Of a stretch of 64,000 nt of DNA, positions 36,297 to 45,289 are shown piece after piece (the first letter of the stretch is position 1; each line of letters opens with the position of its first letter). Below the pieces are notes generated by a model. It saw nothing but the letters and a program-made list of their open reading frames with translations. It was not told where the DNA came from and did not search any database. Both the position numbers and the translations under genes were made by a program. This stretch comes from a candidate division TM6 bacterium GW2011_GWF2_28_16 (GTDB lineage Bacteria > Babelota > Babeliae > Babelales > UASB340): the NCBI GenBank assembly GCA_000989185.1, contig LBNX01000003.1, positions 33,704 to 97,703 on the forward strand, in the 5' to 3' direction.

Positions 36297-36476
36297 AAAA
36301 ATTACAAATTATATTGCAATTTATTTTTAAGTTGTTTATAATAATTTTAATTATTTAAATATTGATAACCTCCATTTCCCCTGTCCTCGACTTTCTTGTC
36401 AGGATGGGGGTTTTCATTTATATGCTTTTTTATACAGGGGTTAAATTTTAAAGTTAAATTTGGGAATTTTATTTAC

Positions 36477-37247
36477 ATGCAGAATTATAAAATAGTTTTT
36501 TCCTACGATGGTACAGACTTTTGTGGTTGGCAGACGCAGCCCAATGGAGTAAGTATACAAACTACTTTGATAAATACTTTTAAGCATGCATTTAAACATG
36601 AGGCAGTTATTATTGCCTCTTCGCGAACAGATTCTGGTGTTCATGCTAACGGTGCTGTTGCTTTGGTTAGAAGTACTTTAGATTTGCCTGTAAGTGAAGT
36701 TTTAAAAACATGGAATAGAGTTTTACCAAAATCTATATTAATTAAGTCTCTTAAAAGAGTAAGTTCAACTTTTTACCCATTAAAAAATGTAAAACAAAAA
36801 ACTTATTCTTATACATTATTTTTAAAGCATCCAAATCCATTTATTTCACGATTTGGCTGGTATTATAGATTTATAGATAATATAGATATTAAAAAATTTC
36901 AGGCTGCATTAAATTTATATATAGGTACACATGATTTTGGATCTTTTTGTAAGTTAGATAAAACAGATAAAAGATCAACAATAAAAAAAATAGATAGCAT
37001 AAATATTAAAAAAAATAATAAACTTAATGCATTAGTAATAACAATTAAGGGTAAGTCTTTTTTGCGCTTTCAAATAAGACGTATGATTGGGTATGCATTA
37101 GATTTGTCTAGACAAAAAGATAAACCTTTAAGCTATTTAAAAAATATTTTAGATAACCCAAATCCAAACCAAACGTTATCAAAAGCTGATGCGTGTGGCT
37201 TGTGTTTAGAAAGAGTAGTATATAATGCTAAAAGAAATATTAAATAA
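36477..37247 (+). CDS. truA: tRNA pseudouridine synthase A
   Basis: I prefer the start at ATG 36477 (MQNYKIVFSYDGTDFCGWQ). The catalytic motif SRTDSGVHA is present. Confidence 0.88.
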   Translation: MQNYKIVFSYDGTDFCGWQTQPNGVSIQTTLINTFKHAFKHEAVIIASSRTDSGVHANGAVALVRSTLDLPVSEVLKTWNRVLPKSILIKSLKRVSSTFYPLKNVKQKTYSYTLFLKHPNPFISRFGWYYRFIDNIDIKKFQAALNLYIGTHDFGSFCKLDKTDKRSTIKKIDSINIKKNNKLNALVITIKGKSFLRFQIRRMIGYALDLSRQKDKPLSYLKNILDNPNPNQTLSKADACGLCLERVVYNAKRNIK

Positions 37248-37914
37248 TGAAAATTTTAAAAGATTTTTAACAGGGTCTATTTTAGGTTTTTGTTTTTTTT
37301 ATTCTTATTTTCACACGACATTATTATTTACGTTTATTTTATTTGCTCTTTTATTAATAATATTATTTTTTGAATGGCCAAAATTAATAAATTATCAATT
37401 AAATAGTTATAAATTTTGGTTAATATCTTTTTTTTATCCCATATTACCAGTATTTAGTTTAATTTATTTAAATATTTTTTATCGAGAACAAGATTTTATT
37501 TTGCCATTATATCCATTTATTGTATCGTGGGTCGCAGATACAGGAGCATATATTTTAGGTAAATTATTTGGTAAACACAAAATTTGTCCAACAATAAGTC
37601 CTGGTAAATCGTGGCAAGGTTTATTTGGTGGCTTTATATCTGTATTTATTTTTAATATATTTTTTTTACCGGGTATAAAAAGTGCCCCATTTATTTTTTA
37701 TTTAAATAATATTTATTTTATATTATTATTTTCGTTTTTAGTAACAATAATATCTTTTTTTGGTGATATTTTTATATCTAAATTAAAAAGAAATAAAGGT
37801 CTAAAAGATACAGGATCTTTATTACCTGGTCATGGTGGGTTACTAGATAGGTTCGATTCTGTATTATTTGTTGCTGTGTTAATATTTATAATAATTATTT
37901 TTAATAAATTATAA
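37225..37914 (+). CDS. cdsA: Phosphatidate cytidylyltransferase
   Basis: It has SPGKSWQG and the signature GDIFISKLKRNKGLKDTGSLLPGHGGLLDRFDS. Confidence 0.9.
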   Translation: MLKEILNNENFKRFLTGSILGFCFFYSYFHTTLLFTFILFALLLIILFFEWPKLINYQLNSYKFWLISFFYPILPVFSLIYLNIFYREQDFILPLYPFIVSWVADTGAYILGKLFGKHKICPTISPGKSWQGLFGGFISVFIFNIFFLPGIKSAPFIFYLNNIYFILLFSFLVTIISFFGDIFISKLKRNKGLKDTGSLLPGHGGLLDRFDSVLFVAVLIFIIIIFNKL

Positions 37915-39150
37915 ATTTACCAAAACTTCTGTTTGTTTAATTTTTACACTTTCACCTGTTTGCATATTTTTAATAGTAACAGTACCGGTGTTTTGTTCAT
38001 CTTCGCCCAAAATTAATACTTTTTTGGCTCCCATTTTATTTGCTTTTTTCATCATGTTTTTAATTGAGCTGCCTTCAAGTAGAACATCTATACTTATTTT
38101 ATTTGCTATTAATTCATCTGCAAGTAATAAAGCTAAATTGTGTTGCTCTTTTTCCATGGGTAATATTAAATAAAGAGCTTTTTGCTCTGGCAAATTTAAA
38201 TTTTGTATATTTTGTTCTACAAGTAATAAAAGTCTACCCAAACCAATGGCAGCACCAACAGATGGAAAATTTTCTGGAGCGCCTACATCTTTGCCCAACA
38301 AATATCTACCACCACCACAAAATGCACTTTGTGCTCCTAAAAATGGCGAAGCAAATTCAAAAACTATTTTATTATAGTAATCAAGCCCTCTAACTAATTT
38401 AAAATCTATTACAAAATTTATAGATAATATATTTAATTTTTCTTGTAACTCTTGCCATTCTGTTGCACATTCTGTGCATAAAAAATCTGTAAGTTTTGGT
38501 GCATCTTTATATGCTTTTTGACAAGCTTCGTTTTTGCAATCAAATACTCGTAAAATATTTGTTTCTTTTCTTGTTTTACAGGTATCACAAATTTGGGAAT
38601 CTATATTATCCAAAAATTTTTTAAGAGCTATTTTGTGTTTTTGTCTATCTTGACTGCAACCTAAATAATTTAATTTTAAAACGTAACTTTCAAGATTTAA
38701 TTCTTGGCTAAAAAAACTATCTAACATTTTTATAAATAAAACATCTTGAGCTATAGAGTTAGAATTTATAACTTCAAAATTTAATTGATCAAACTGGCGC
38801 CAGCGGCCTTTTTGAGGTCTTTCGCGCCTGAACATTGGGCCATAATTAAAAACTTTGTATGGTTTTTCTTCTATTTTATTTTCATAATAAGCTCTTATAA
38901 CGCCAGAGGTTGCTTCTGGACGCAAGCAAATACTATCTTCTTCATTTTCTGCAGGGAATGTATACATTTCTTTAGAAACTACATCTGTATTTGAACCCAA
39001 TGAATGAATAAATAGCTTAGTATATTCAAGAACTGGAGTTTCTATATGTTTAAAATTATATAAATTTATATAATTTTTTAATTTTTCTAAAACAAAATTT
39101 TGTAGATTTAAATCTAATAAATCTTGTGTCCCTCTAACTCTATTTATCAT
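37909..39150 (-). CDS. hisS: Histidyl-tRNA synthetase
   Basis: 413 aa with class II motifs, including FRRERPQKGRWRQFDQ and GGGRY. Confidence 0.92.
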   Translation of the reverse strand: MINRVRGTQDLLDLNLQNFVLEKLKNYINLYNFKHIETPVLEYTKLFIHSLGSNTDVVSKEMYTFPAENEEDSICLRPEATSGVIRAYYENKIEEKPYKVFNYGPMFRRERPQKGRWRQFDQLNFEVINSNSIAQDVLFIKMLDSFFSQELNLESYVLKLNYLGCSQDRQKHKIALKKFLDNIDSQICDTCKTRKETNILRVFDCKNEACQKAYKDAPKLTDFLCTECATEWQELQEKLNILSINFVIDFKLVRGLDYYNKIVFEFASPFLGAQSAFCGGGRYLLGKDVGAPENFPSVGAAIGLGRLLLLVEQNIQNLNLPEQKALYLILPMEKEQHNLALLLADELIANKISIDVLLEGSSIKNMMKKANKMGAKKVLILGEDEQNTGTVTIKNMQTGESVKIKQTEVLVNL

Positions 39151-39242
39151 TTTAACTCCTGGGATTAATATTTTAAAATTTGTTATATAATAGCAAAAAT
39201 ATATATATTTTTTAAAAAATATAAAAAGAGTTGGGTTTTAAT

Positions 39243-40256
39243 ATGCAAAAAACGGTTTTAGTGTTGGGCGGTGCTGGTTATATAGGTTCAAATACTGCTT
39301 ATTTATTATCACAAAAAGATTATAACGTAATAATTTTAGATAAATTAATTTATAACCAAAAATTTGATCATAATTTTGCCAAATTAATTATTGGTGATTT
39401 TGCAGATGAAAAAATACTTGAAAATATTTTTAAAACTTACAAAATAGACGCTGTTTTACATTTTGCAGCTTTGATAGAAGTTGGTCTTTCTGTTATAAAT
39501 CCAGTGCAATTTTATAATAATAACGTGATTAAAACTTTAAAATTTTTAGATATTATGCTTTCTTATAATATTAAAAAATTTATATTTTCTTCTAGTTGTG
39601 CCGTATATGGTAACCCTGTACAAATACCAATACCAGAAGAACATAAATATAATCCTATAAGCCCGTATGGTAAAAATAAATTAATTATAGAATATGCACT
39701 TCAAGATTATGCGCATGCGTATAATTTAAATTATATTTCTTTAAGATATTTTAATGCAGCGGGAACTGGCGTCATCCCGGACACTGATCCGGGATCTAAA
39801 CCAAAAATATTTTTAGGTGAACAACATATACCGGAAACACATATAATACCGTTATTATTGCGTGCTATAAAAAATAATAAAATATTTACAATTTTTGGTG
39901 ATAATTATAATACTCAAGATGGAACCTGCGTACGTGATTATATACATGTGCAAGATTTAGCACATGCACATTATTTGGCGCTTGAATATTTAATTGGTAA
40001 CAATAATAACATTAATAATTCGCAAGTCTTTAATTTAGGTACAGGTTTGGGGTATTCTGTAAAAGATTTAATATTATGTGCACAAAAAATAACAGGTAAA
40101 AAAGCAAATATACAAATTTGTCCAAGACGCGAAGGTGACGTAGATACACTTGTTGCAGATAATAAAAAAATAAAGAATACTTTAGGGTGGAGTCCAGAGT
40201 ATTCAAGTTTAGAAAATATAATGCGTAGTGCATGGGAATGGGAAAATAGGAGTTAA
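39243..40256 (+). CDS. galE: UDP-glucose 4-epimerase
   Basis: I prefer the ATG at 39243. It has GGAGYIGS and YxxxK (SPYGKNK). It carries a 27-nt GC-rich palindrome in-frame. Confidence 0.9.
   Translation: MQKTVLVLGGAGYIGSNTAYLLSQKDYNVIILDKLIYNQKFDHNFAKLIIGDFADEKILENIFKTYKIDAVLHFAALIEVGLSVINPVQFYNNNVIKTLKFLDIMLSYNIKKFIFSSSCAVYGNPVQIPIPEEHKYNPISPYGKNKLIIEYALQDYAHAYNLNYISLRYFNAAGTGVIPDTDPGSKPKIFLGEQHIPETHIIPLLLRAIKNNKIFTIFGDNYNTQDGTCVRDYIHVQDLAHAHYLALEYLIGNNNNINNSQVFNLGTGLGYSVKDLILCAQKITGKKANIQICPRREGDVDTLVADNKKIKNTLGWSPEYSSLENIMRSAWEWENRS
39771..39797. repeat. B-short GC-rich palindromic repeat inserted in-frame in galE
   Basis: GTCATCCCGG-acactga-TCCGGGATCT codes VIPDTDPGS. Compare 43001-43030. 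Confidence 0.75.
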
Positions 40257-40257
40257 T

Positions 40258-41610
40258 ATGTCAGCGTTAAGAATTTTAGATATTTCACCAGCAAGAATTT
40301 TAATAGGTTCGTTTTTGTTTGTAATTTTGGCTGGAACGTTTTTGTTGTCTTTGCCAGTATCAAGATTAGTAGATATGCATTTAATAGATCTTTTTTTTAC
40401 GGCTACAACATCTACATGTGTGACGGGTTTATTCACTGTTCCAATGTCATATTTTTCGTTTTTTGGGCAATGTGTAATTTTAGCCTTAATTCAAATTGGT
40501 GGGCTAGGGCTTATGACATTGTCGATATTTTTAGTATCTCTGGTTTTAAATTTAAGTTTGACTACAAAATTTCTTGCAGGGCAAATTTTGGATTTTGCTT
40601 TTTCTGGAAAACTAAAAACGTTTTTAAAAACTATTATAGGTTTTACTATTTTTACAGAAATTATTGGTGCTTTAATTTTGTATAAATCTTTTATTAAAAT
40701 TTTGCCACGAGATAAAGCTATTTTTTATTCTATATTTCATTCTGTTTCTGCTTTTTGTAATTCTGGAGCAAGTTTATTTGAGCCTGGGATTTCTAATTTG
40801 GCACAAGATAGTTTATCACTATTAACAATGGCAGTATTAATATTTTTAGGTGGTATAGGTTTTATAGTTTGGTATGAAGCAGTAAGCAATTTAGTAAATT
40901 ATATAAAAAATTGGTGGAACGAAGAACCAAAAAAATTAACAATGTCTTTGCATACAAAAATTGTTTTAATAACATCTTCAACATTAATTTTTTTGGGATC
41001 ACTTTTATTTTTTATTTTGGAAAGAACTAATACTCTTGCTGGTCTTAGTACTTGGCATCAAATAGTAAATTCTATATTTATTTCTGTTACTGCTCGAACT
41101 GCAGGCTTTGAAAATGTTGATATGAGCAATCTTGGGTTACCAATACTTTTGATATTAATTATTTTAATGTTTATTGGAGCAAGTTCATCTTCTACAGGCG
41201 GTGGCGTAAAAGTTACAACATTTACTGTTTTTGTTGCGACTATTGCTGCAACAATTAGAGGTAAAAATAATGTCGAAATTTTTGGACGAACTATTTCACC
41301 AGAGCAAATTTTTAAAACTACAGCTATTATAGCGCTTTCTCTTAGCTTCGTTTTGGCTACAACTTTTATACTTTTAATAACAGATCCTGAATTTAGTTTT
41401 ATGCAAATTTTATTTGAAGCTGTTTCTGCATTTGCAACAGTTGGACTTTCTACAGGCATTACGCCATATTTTTCTATTTTTGGTAAAATAGTTTTAATGC
41501 TTGCAATGCTTTTAGGACGAGTTGGTGCTTTAACTCTTGTTTTGGCCTTGCGTAAAGGGCAGGAAACTCAGCTTTATAAATATCCAGAAGAACGAGTTTT
41601 GTTGGGTTAA
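40258..41610 (+). CDS. trkH: TrkH/KtrB-family potassium transporter subunit
   Basis: The ATG at 40258 follows AGGAG. The protein is polytopic with repeated pore-loop-like segments (GGLG, STGGGVKVTT). Confidence 0.8.
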   Translation: MSALRILDISPARILIGSFLFVILAGTFLLSLPVSRLVDMHLIDLFFTATTSTCVTGLFTVPMSYFSFFGQCVILALIQIGGLGLMTLSIFLVSLVLNLSLTTKFLAGQILDFAFSGKLKTFLKTIIGFTIFTEIIGALILYKSFIKILPRDKAIFYSIFHSVSAFCNSGASLFEPGISNLAQDSLSLLTMAVLIFLGGIGFIVWYEAVSNLVNYIKNWWNEEPKKLTMSLHTKIVLITSSTLIFLGSLLFFILERTNTLAGLSTWHQIVNSIFISVTARTAGFENVDMSNLGLPILLILIILMFIGASSSSTGGGVKVTTFTVFVATIAATIRGKNNVEIFGRTISPEQIFKTTAIIALSLSFVLATTFILLITDPEFSFMQILFEAVSAFATVGLSTGITPYFSIFGKIVLMLAMLLGRVGALTLVLALRKGQETQLYKYPEERVLLG

Positions 41611-41623
41611 AAATATTGGTTGA

Positions 41624-43708
41624 TTATAATTTTCTTTTAAACTGTTTTTCAATAAAATCTTTATTGAGTATCCAGGTTGTTGGCCTGCCGTGTGGGCAGG
41701 TCAACAAATTTTCTGTTTTATATAAGTTATTAACAATTTCTTGCATTTGCGTTTCAGTTAAAATATCGCCTGCTTTAACTGCAGATTTGCAAGCAATTTG
41801 TGCATGAATTTTGTCGTTTAATTTTTTTCTAAAAAGTTCTTGATCTAGATTTTCAAATTCTCTAATAAATTCTAAAATTTCAAAAATTAATTCTTTTAAA
41901 GATTGATTTTGAATTCCTGCAGGGCTAGATTTTATGGCTAGTTGGCTTTTGCCAAAAACTTCGATATTTATTCCCTGATTAGCTAAAAACTCTTGAGCTA
42001 ATTTTATTTGTTCAAGTTCAAGATTATTTAAATTTATTATTTCTGGAAACATTAATTTGATTCCAGATTTAGTTTCAAAATTTTTAGTTATATTATCGTA
42101 AATTATTCTTTCGTGTGCTGCATGCTGGTCGATAATAATTAAATTTGTTTCGCTCTGAGCGATAATATACGTTGTTAAAAATTGGCCTATTATTTTAAAG
42201 GATCTAGATCCCCAGCCTACGCCCTTCGTGGCTTCCAACTTCGCCAAGGCTTCGATGGACACGTCGGCGGGCAGGCCGGTTTCTCTGGTAGGGATAACAA
42301 ACTCTGTTTGAGTTGGATTTATATTGCTGGATCCTGAATCAAGTTCAGGATGACAAACGGGGTGGGCAATATAACTATTATATTTAAAAGTACGCGACTG
42401 AGATCCCCAGCCTTCGCCCTTCGTGGCTTCCAACTTCGCCAAGGCTTCGATGGACACGTCGGCGGGCAGGCCGGTTTCTCTGGCCGGGATGACAGCGCTA
42501 AGAGTTGTGTTGAGCAAGCCAGAAGACATACTAGGGCTGACTATATCTGTGTTAAGGTTGGTTTCTCTGGTCGGGATGACATTGCCAATAAAACTGCGAA
42601 CGTTTGCATCCAGAGTTTCTTTAATAATTCTTTGCAATAAATTTGTTACAGTATGTGGCTTTAAAAAGCGAACTTCTTCTTTTTTGGGATGAACATTAAT
42701 ATCAACAAAATTACTTGGTGTGTTTATAAAAATAAAACTAGCCGGGAATTTTGCCGGAGGTAAAACTCCAGTGTAGCCTTTAAAGAGTGCCTTATTTAAT
42801 TCTGTGTCTTTTATATAACGATTATTAACAAAAAAGAATATTTGGTGTTTGCCATAACGCCATAGGTTGTGATTACTGGTAAGACCAGAGATTGAGATTG
42901 ATGTATTGTTTTTATTACTAGATCCTGATCCCTCGATACATTTTTCTTGCGAAAAACACTCGGGATGAACGGGTTTAGGAGTACAAGTTGTGGGTTGGTT
43001 GTCATCCCGGGCTTGACCCGGGATCTCTCCATTATTTATCTCTAGCATGCTTTCGCTTAAGCTATGCCCCCAGAGTTGGGCAACGCGATCTTTAATGTTT
43101 TGTGTAGCAGGCGCATTAAGTATAATTTTGTCGTCTTTAAAAAGTTTAAAATTAATATTAATATTGCTTAAACAAAATGCATTAAAAATATTTAATATCT
43201 GGTTAAATTCAGTTTCGTCTTGTTTTAAAAATTTTTTACGAACAGGTAAATTAAAAAAAAGATCATATATTTGTAAATCTGTTCCTATTGGACATGAAAC
43301 ACTTTCTTGAGAGTGTAATTTATTTTCGTAATAAATTATTTTGGTACCAACTTCTTGATTGTTAGTTTTAGTTATTAAAGTTACTTTGCTAACAGCACTA
43401 ATGCTTGCAAGAGCTTCACCTCTAAAACCAAAAGATGCTATATTTTCTAGGTCATTTATATTTTCTATTTTACTTGTTGCGTGCTTTTCAAAACACAATA
43501 AAGCATCTTGTTCGCCCATGCCAGAGCCGTTATCTACAAGTCTAATTAAACTCTTGCCAGAATCTTTTATATATAAATTTATTTGAGTGCTATTGGCATC
43601 TATAGAATTTTCTATTATTTCTTTAACTATATTTGCTGGACGCTCGACAACTTCGCCAGCTGCAATTTTTGCAGCCTGCTCAGGTGCTAATATTTTTATC
43701 TTGTTCAT
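41624..43708 (-). CDS. mutL: DNA mismatch repair protein MutL (linker expanded by repeat insertions)
   Basis: It has the GHKL motifs (ERPANIVKEIIENSIDA, DNGSGM, GFRGEAL) and the C-terminal domain (IIGQFLTTYII...DQHAAHERI). The ORF is intact at 694 aa. Confidence 0.92.
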   Translation of the reverse strand: MNKIKILAPEQAAKIAAGEVVERPANIVKEIIENSIDANSTQINLYIKDSGKSLIRLVDNGSGMGEQDALLCFEKHATSKIENINDLENIASFGFRGEALASISAVSKVTLITKTNNQEVGTKIIYYENKLHSQESVSCPIGTDLQIYDLFFNLPVRKKFLKQDETEFNQILNIFNAFCLSNININFKLFKDDKIILNAPATQNIKDRVAQLWGHSLSESMLEINNGEIPGQARDDNQPTTCTPKPVHPECFSQEKCIEGSGSSNKNNTSISISGLTSNHNLWRYGKHQIFFFVNNRYIKDTELNKALFKGYTGVLPPAKFPASFIFINTPSNFVDINVHPKKEEVRFLKPHTVTNLLQRIIKETLDANVRSFIGNVIPTRETNLNTDIVSPSMSSGLLNTTLSAVIPARETGLPADVSIEALAKLEATKGEGWGSQSRTFKYNSYIAHPVCHPELDSGSSNINPTQTEFVIPTRETGLPADVSIEALAKLEATKGVGWGSRSFKIIGQFLTTYIIAQSETNLIIIDQHAAHERIIYDNITKNFETKSGIKLMFPEIINLNNLELEQIKLAQEFLANQGINIEVFGKSQLAIKSSPAGIQNQSLKELIFEILEFIREFENLDQELFRKKLNDKIHAQIACKSAVKAGDILTETQMQEIVNNLYKTENLLTCPHGRPTTWILNKDFIEKQFKRKL
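42207..42298. repeat. 92-nt GC-rich repeat unit, copy 1, in-frame in mutL
   Basis: gatccccagcctacgcccttcgtggcttCCAACttcgccaaggcttcGATGGacacgtcggcgggcaggccggtttctctggtagggataac. It translates as IPTRETGLPADVSIEALAKLEATKGVGWGS. Confidence 0.9.
42326..42362. repeat. B-type hairpin repeat, in-frame in mutL
   Basis: gctgGATCCTGAAtcaagTTCAGGATgacaaacgggg codes HPELDSGSS. Confidence 0.8.
42402..42493. repeat. 92-nt GC-rich repeat unit, copy 2, in-frame in mutL
   Basis: It differs from 42207-42298 at 4 of 92 positions and lies 195 nt away. It translates as IPARETGLPADVSIEALAKLEATKGEGWGS. Confidence 0.9.
42560..42580. repeat. Solo terminal fragment of the 92-nt unit, in mutL
   Basis: ggtttctctggtcgggatgac matches the end of the 92-nt units and codes VIPTRET. 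Confidence 0.7.
42921..42973. repeat. Class C GC-rich repeat, in-frame in mutL
   Basis: GATCCTGATCCCTCGATACAT-ttttcttgcgaaaa-ACACTCGGGATGAACGGG has arms matching 10301-10367. Confidence 0.8.
43001..43030. repeat. B-short palindromic repeat, in-frame in mutL
   Basis: GTCATCCCGG-gcttgac-CCGGGATCTCTCC codes GEIPGQARDD. Confidence 0.8.
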
Positions 43709-44312
43709 GTTTTTTATTCTTATTTTTTGATGAATTTGTTAAGCCTGGATAATTTTCTAATACGATAACTGTACTTACTGGAGATGTTGTATTACCCAAA
43801 ACATTTATTTCTTCTGTTATTAAATTTAAATTAGCTTTGTCACATTTAGTGCTTATAGGCAAATCTTTTGGATTTAATTTTTTTTGTTCTATTTCTATAT
43901 TTCCTGATAATTTACATATTTTAGTATTTATAAATATTTTTGCATTATCAGCTTTTATGCTTTTATTTTTTTGTGTAATAAAAATATTTTTATTTAAATT
44001 TATTTCTTCTATTGGCCCATTATTAACTTTTTGTGAATTATTTTCTTGATTTAGAGTTTTATTATTTTTAGTATTTATTTTAATTTTTAATTCTTCGCAT
44101 TTGGCAGTTGAGCCATCTGCAAATTTTATTAAAACGTTATCAAGATAATTAAAGTAAAATATATCTTTTACTTTGTTATCTTTGTATCCAGAAGCTCTTT
44201 CACTTGTTATTTCTATTCTAGAAAAAGGGGATACTTTTTGTTGTGAATATAAATTAAAATTTGTGCAATATAATATTGTGATAAAAATATATATAAAACT
44301 TTTTTTATTCAT
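43680..44312 (-). CDS. Secreted OstA/LptA-like protein (tentative)
   Basis: 210 aa with a signal peptide. The beta-rich repeats have spaced GN.(E/V)I and AD.A patterns reminiscent of the LptA/LptC fold. It lies near bamA. Confidence 0.35.
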   Translation of the reverse strand: MNKKSFIYIFITILYCTNFNLYSQQKVSPFSRIEITSERASGYKDNKVKDIFYFNYLDNVLIKFADGSTAKCEELKIKINTKNNKTLNQENNSQKVNNGPIEEINLNKNIFITQKNKSIKADNAKIFINTKICKLSGNIEIEQKKLNPKDLPISTKCDKANLNLITEEINVLGNTTSPVSTVIVLENYPGLTNSSKNKNKKHEQDKNIST

Positions 44313-44380
44313 AAACCTAATTCCTGTTTTAAAACGAAATTAAGTTTATAGAAAATAACAGATAATGGGAAGTTAATAAA

Positions 44381-45007
44381 TTAAGCTTTAGTTGCAAACT
44401 TTGCTTTAACTGCAAAGACAATGCCTTCAAAAACATTTTTTAAAATGCTGCCTAAAGAAATCCATCTTAGTGAATATCTAATTTCTTTAAATATTTCTAA
44501 AGTTACTTGGGAAGTTAAAATGCCTTTTACTTGTGCTAATGCAACCATTACAGTAAAACAAATTAGACCATATTTGGTTGTAAAAATATTTTTAGCACTA
44601 TTTATAAATAATTTTTTATAAGAATATTTATCTGGGTTATTTTTATTTGAAATAAGCTCTTTAAGAATTTTATTTACAGTTTCTTTATCTTTTTGTGCTT
44701 CGTCACTTTCTTTTGATAGCTCTTTTAATTGGGTATAATTAGTTTTTAAACTATCTTTTAAAGATTTTATTGTCGCATTTTTTAATTCGTGATCTTTATC
44801 TTTTTTTATAAAATTTAATATATCGACTAATTTTTGTTCGCCCAAGTTATTTTTATTGGTAATATTTTGTTTTTCTTCTTGATTTTGTTCAGGGCTTTGG
44901 GTTTTGCTTTTAATATTAAAATTTTTTATTTTATTTTCTAGTGCAATTTCTGTTGCATTTAAATTTGTTAAACAAGCTATTGTTAATGCAAATAAAATTT
45001 TGTTCAC
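44381..45007 (-). CDS. Hypothetical secreted/membrane coiled-coil protein
   Basis: 208-aa ORF with a GTG start, a signal-like N-terminus and a C-terminal hydrophobic segment. Confidence 0.5.
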   Translation of the reverse strand: MNKILFALTIACLTNLNATEIALENKIKNFNIKSKTQSPEQNQEEKQNITNKNNLGEQKLVDILNFIKKDKDHELKNATIKSLKDSLKTNYTQLKELSKESDEAQKDKETVNKILKELISNKNNPDKYSYKKLFINSAKNIFTTKYGLICFTVMVALAQVKGILTSQVTLEIFKEIRYSLRWISLGSILKNVFEGIVFAVKAKFATKA

Positions 45008-45103
45008 GACGTTGCCTTTTAAAAAGTAAAATTAATTAAAAAACGTATAAGAGTGCGATACTAGTATTTATTTTTTTAAATGGCAAGTTGTTTTTTATTT
45101 TTA

Positions 45104-45140
45104 TTACTGGATGCTGAAATAAATTCAGCATGACAAAGGG
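45104..45140. repeat. B-type hairpin repeat
   Basis: ttactgGATGCTGAAataaaTTCAGCATgacaaaggg. It is the reverse complement of the 51576 copy apart from one compensated stem pair. Confidence 0.85.
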
Positions 45141-45166
45141 TTTCGTAATAACTGTAAAATTTTTTT

Positions 45167-45282
45167 GAGCCTGCGCCTGTCCGCCGTAGCTTTAGCGAAG
45201 GCTGGACAAGCAGGCGAATTTATGGTAGCCCAGTGGCAGCCTGCCCGCCATAGCCTTGGCGACGGCTAGGTAAGTCCTGGGC
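45167..45282. repeat. Class A GC-rich repeat (long form, two M cores)
   Basis: GAGCCTGCGCCTGTCCGCCGTAGCTTTAGCGAAGGCTGGACAAGCAGGCG...GGTAGCCCAGTGGCAGCCTGCCCGCCATAGCCTTGGCGACGGCTAGG... Confidence 0.85.
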
Positions 45283-45289
45283 TTATAAT

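Noticed and set aside
36371-36415. GC-richer patch cccctgtcctcgactttcttgtcaggatggggg upstream of truA as a possible extra B-type repeat
   Set aside because: Only the CATCCTGA core matches and the hairpin is poor. I cannot distinguish a degenerate copy from chance.
42207-42493. Could the 92-nt direct repeats spaced 195 nt apart be a CRISPR array?
   Set aside because: There are only two full copies, which are far longer than CRISPR repeats. They lie in-frame inside an intact mutL ORF and are made of modules found dispersed elsewhere. No cas genes are in the window.
42350-43032. Track ORFs 42350-42640 (+), 42423-42692 (+) and 42811-43032 (-) inside mutL
   Set aside because: These are antisense or out-of-frame readings of the GC-rich repeat insertions within a well-supported mutL frame. 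They are artefacts of local GC richness.
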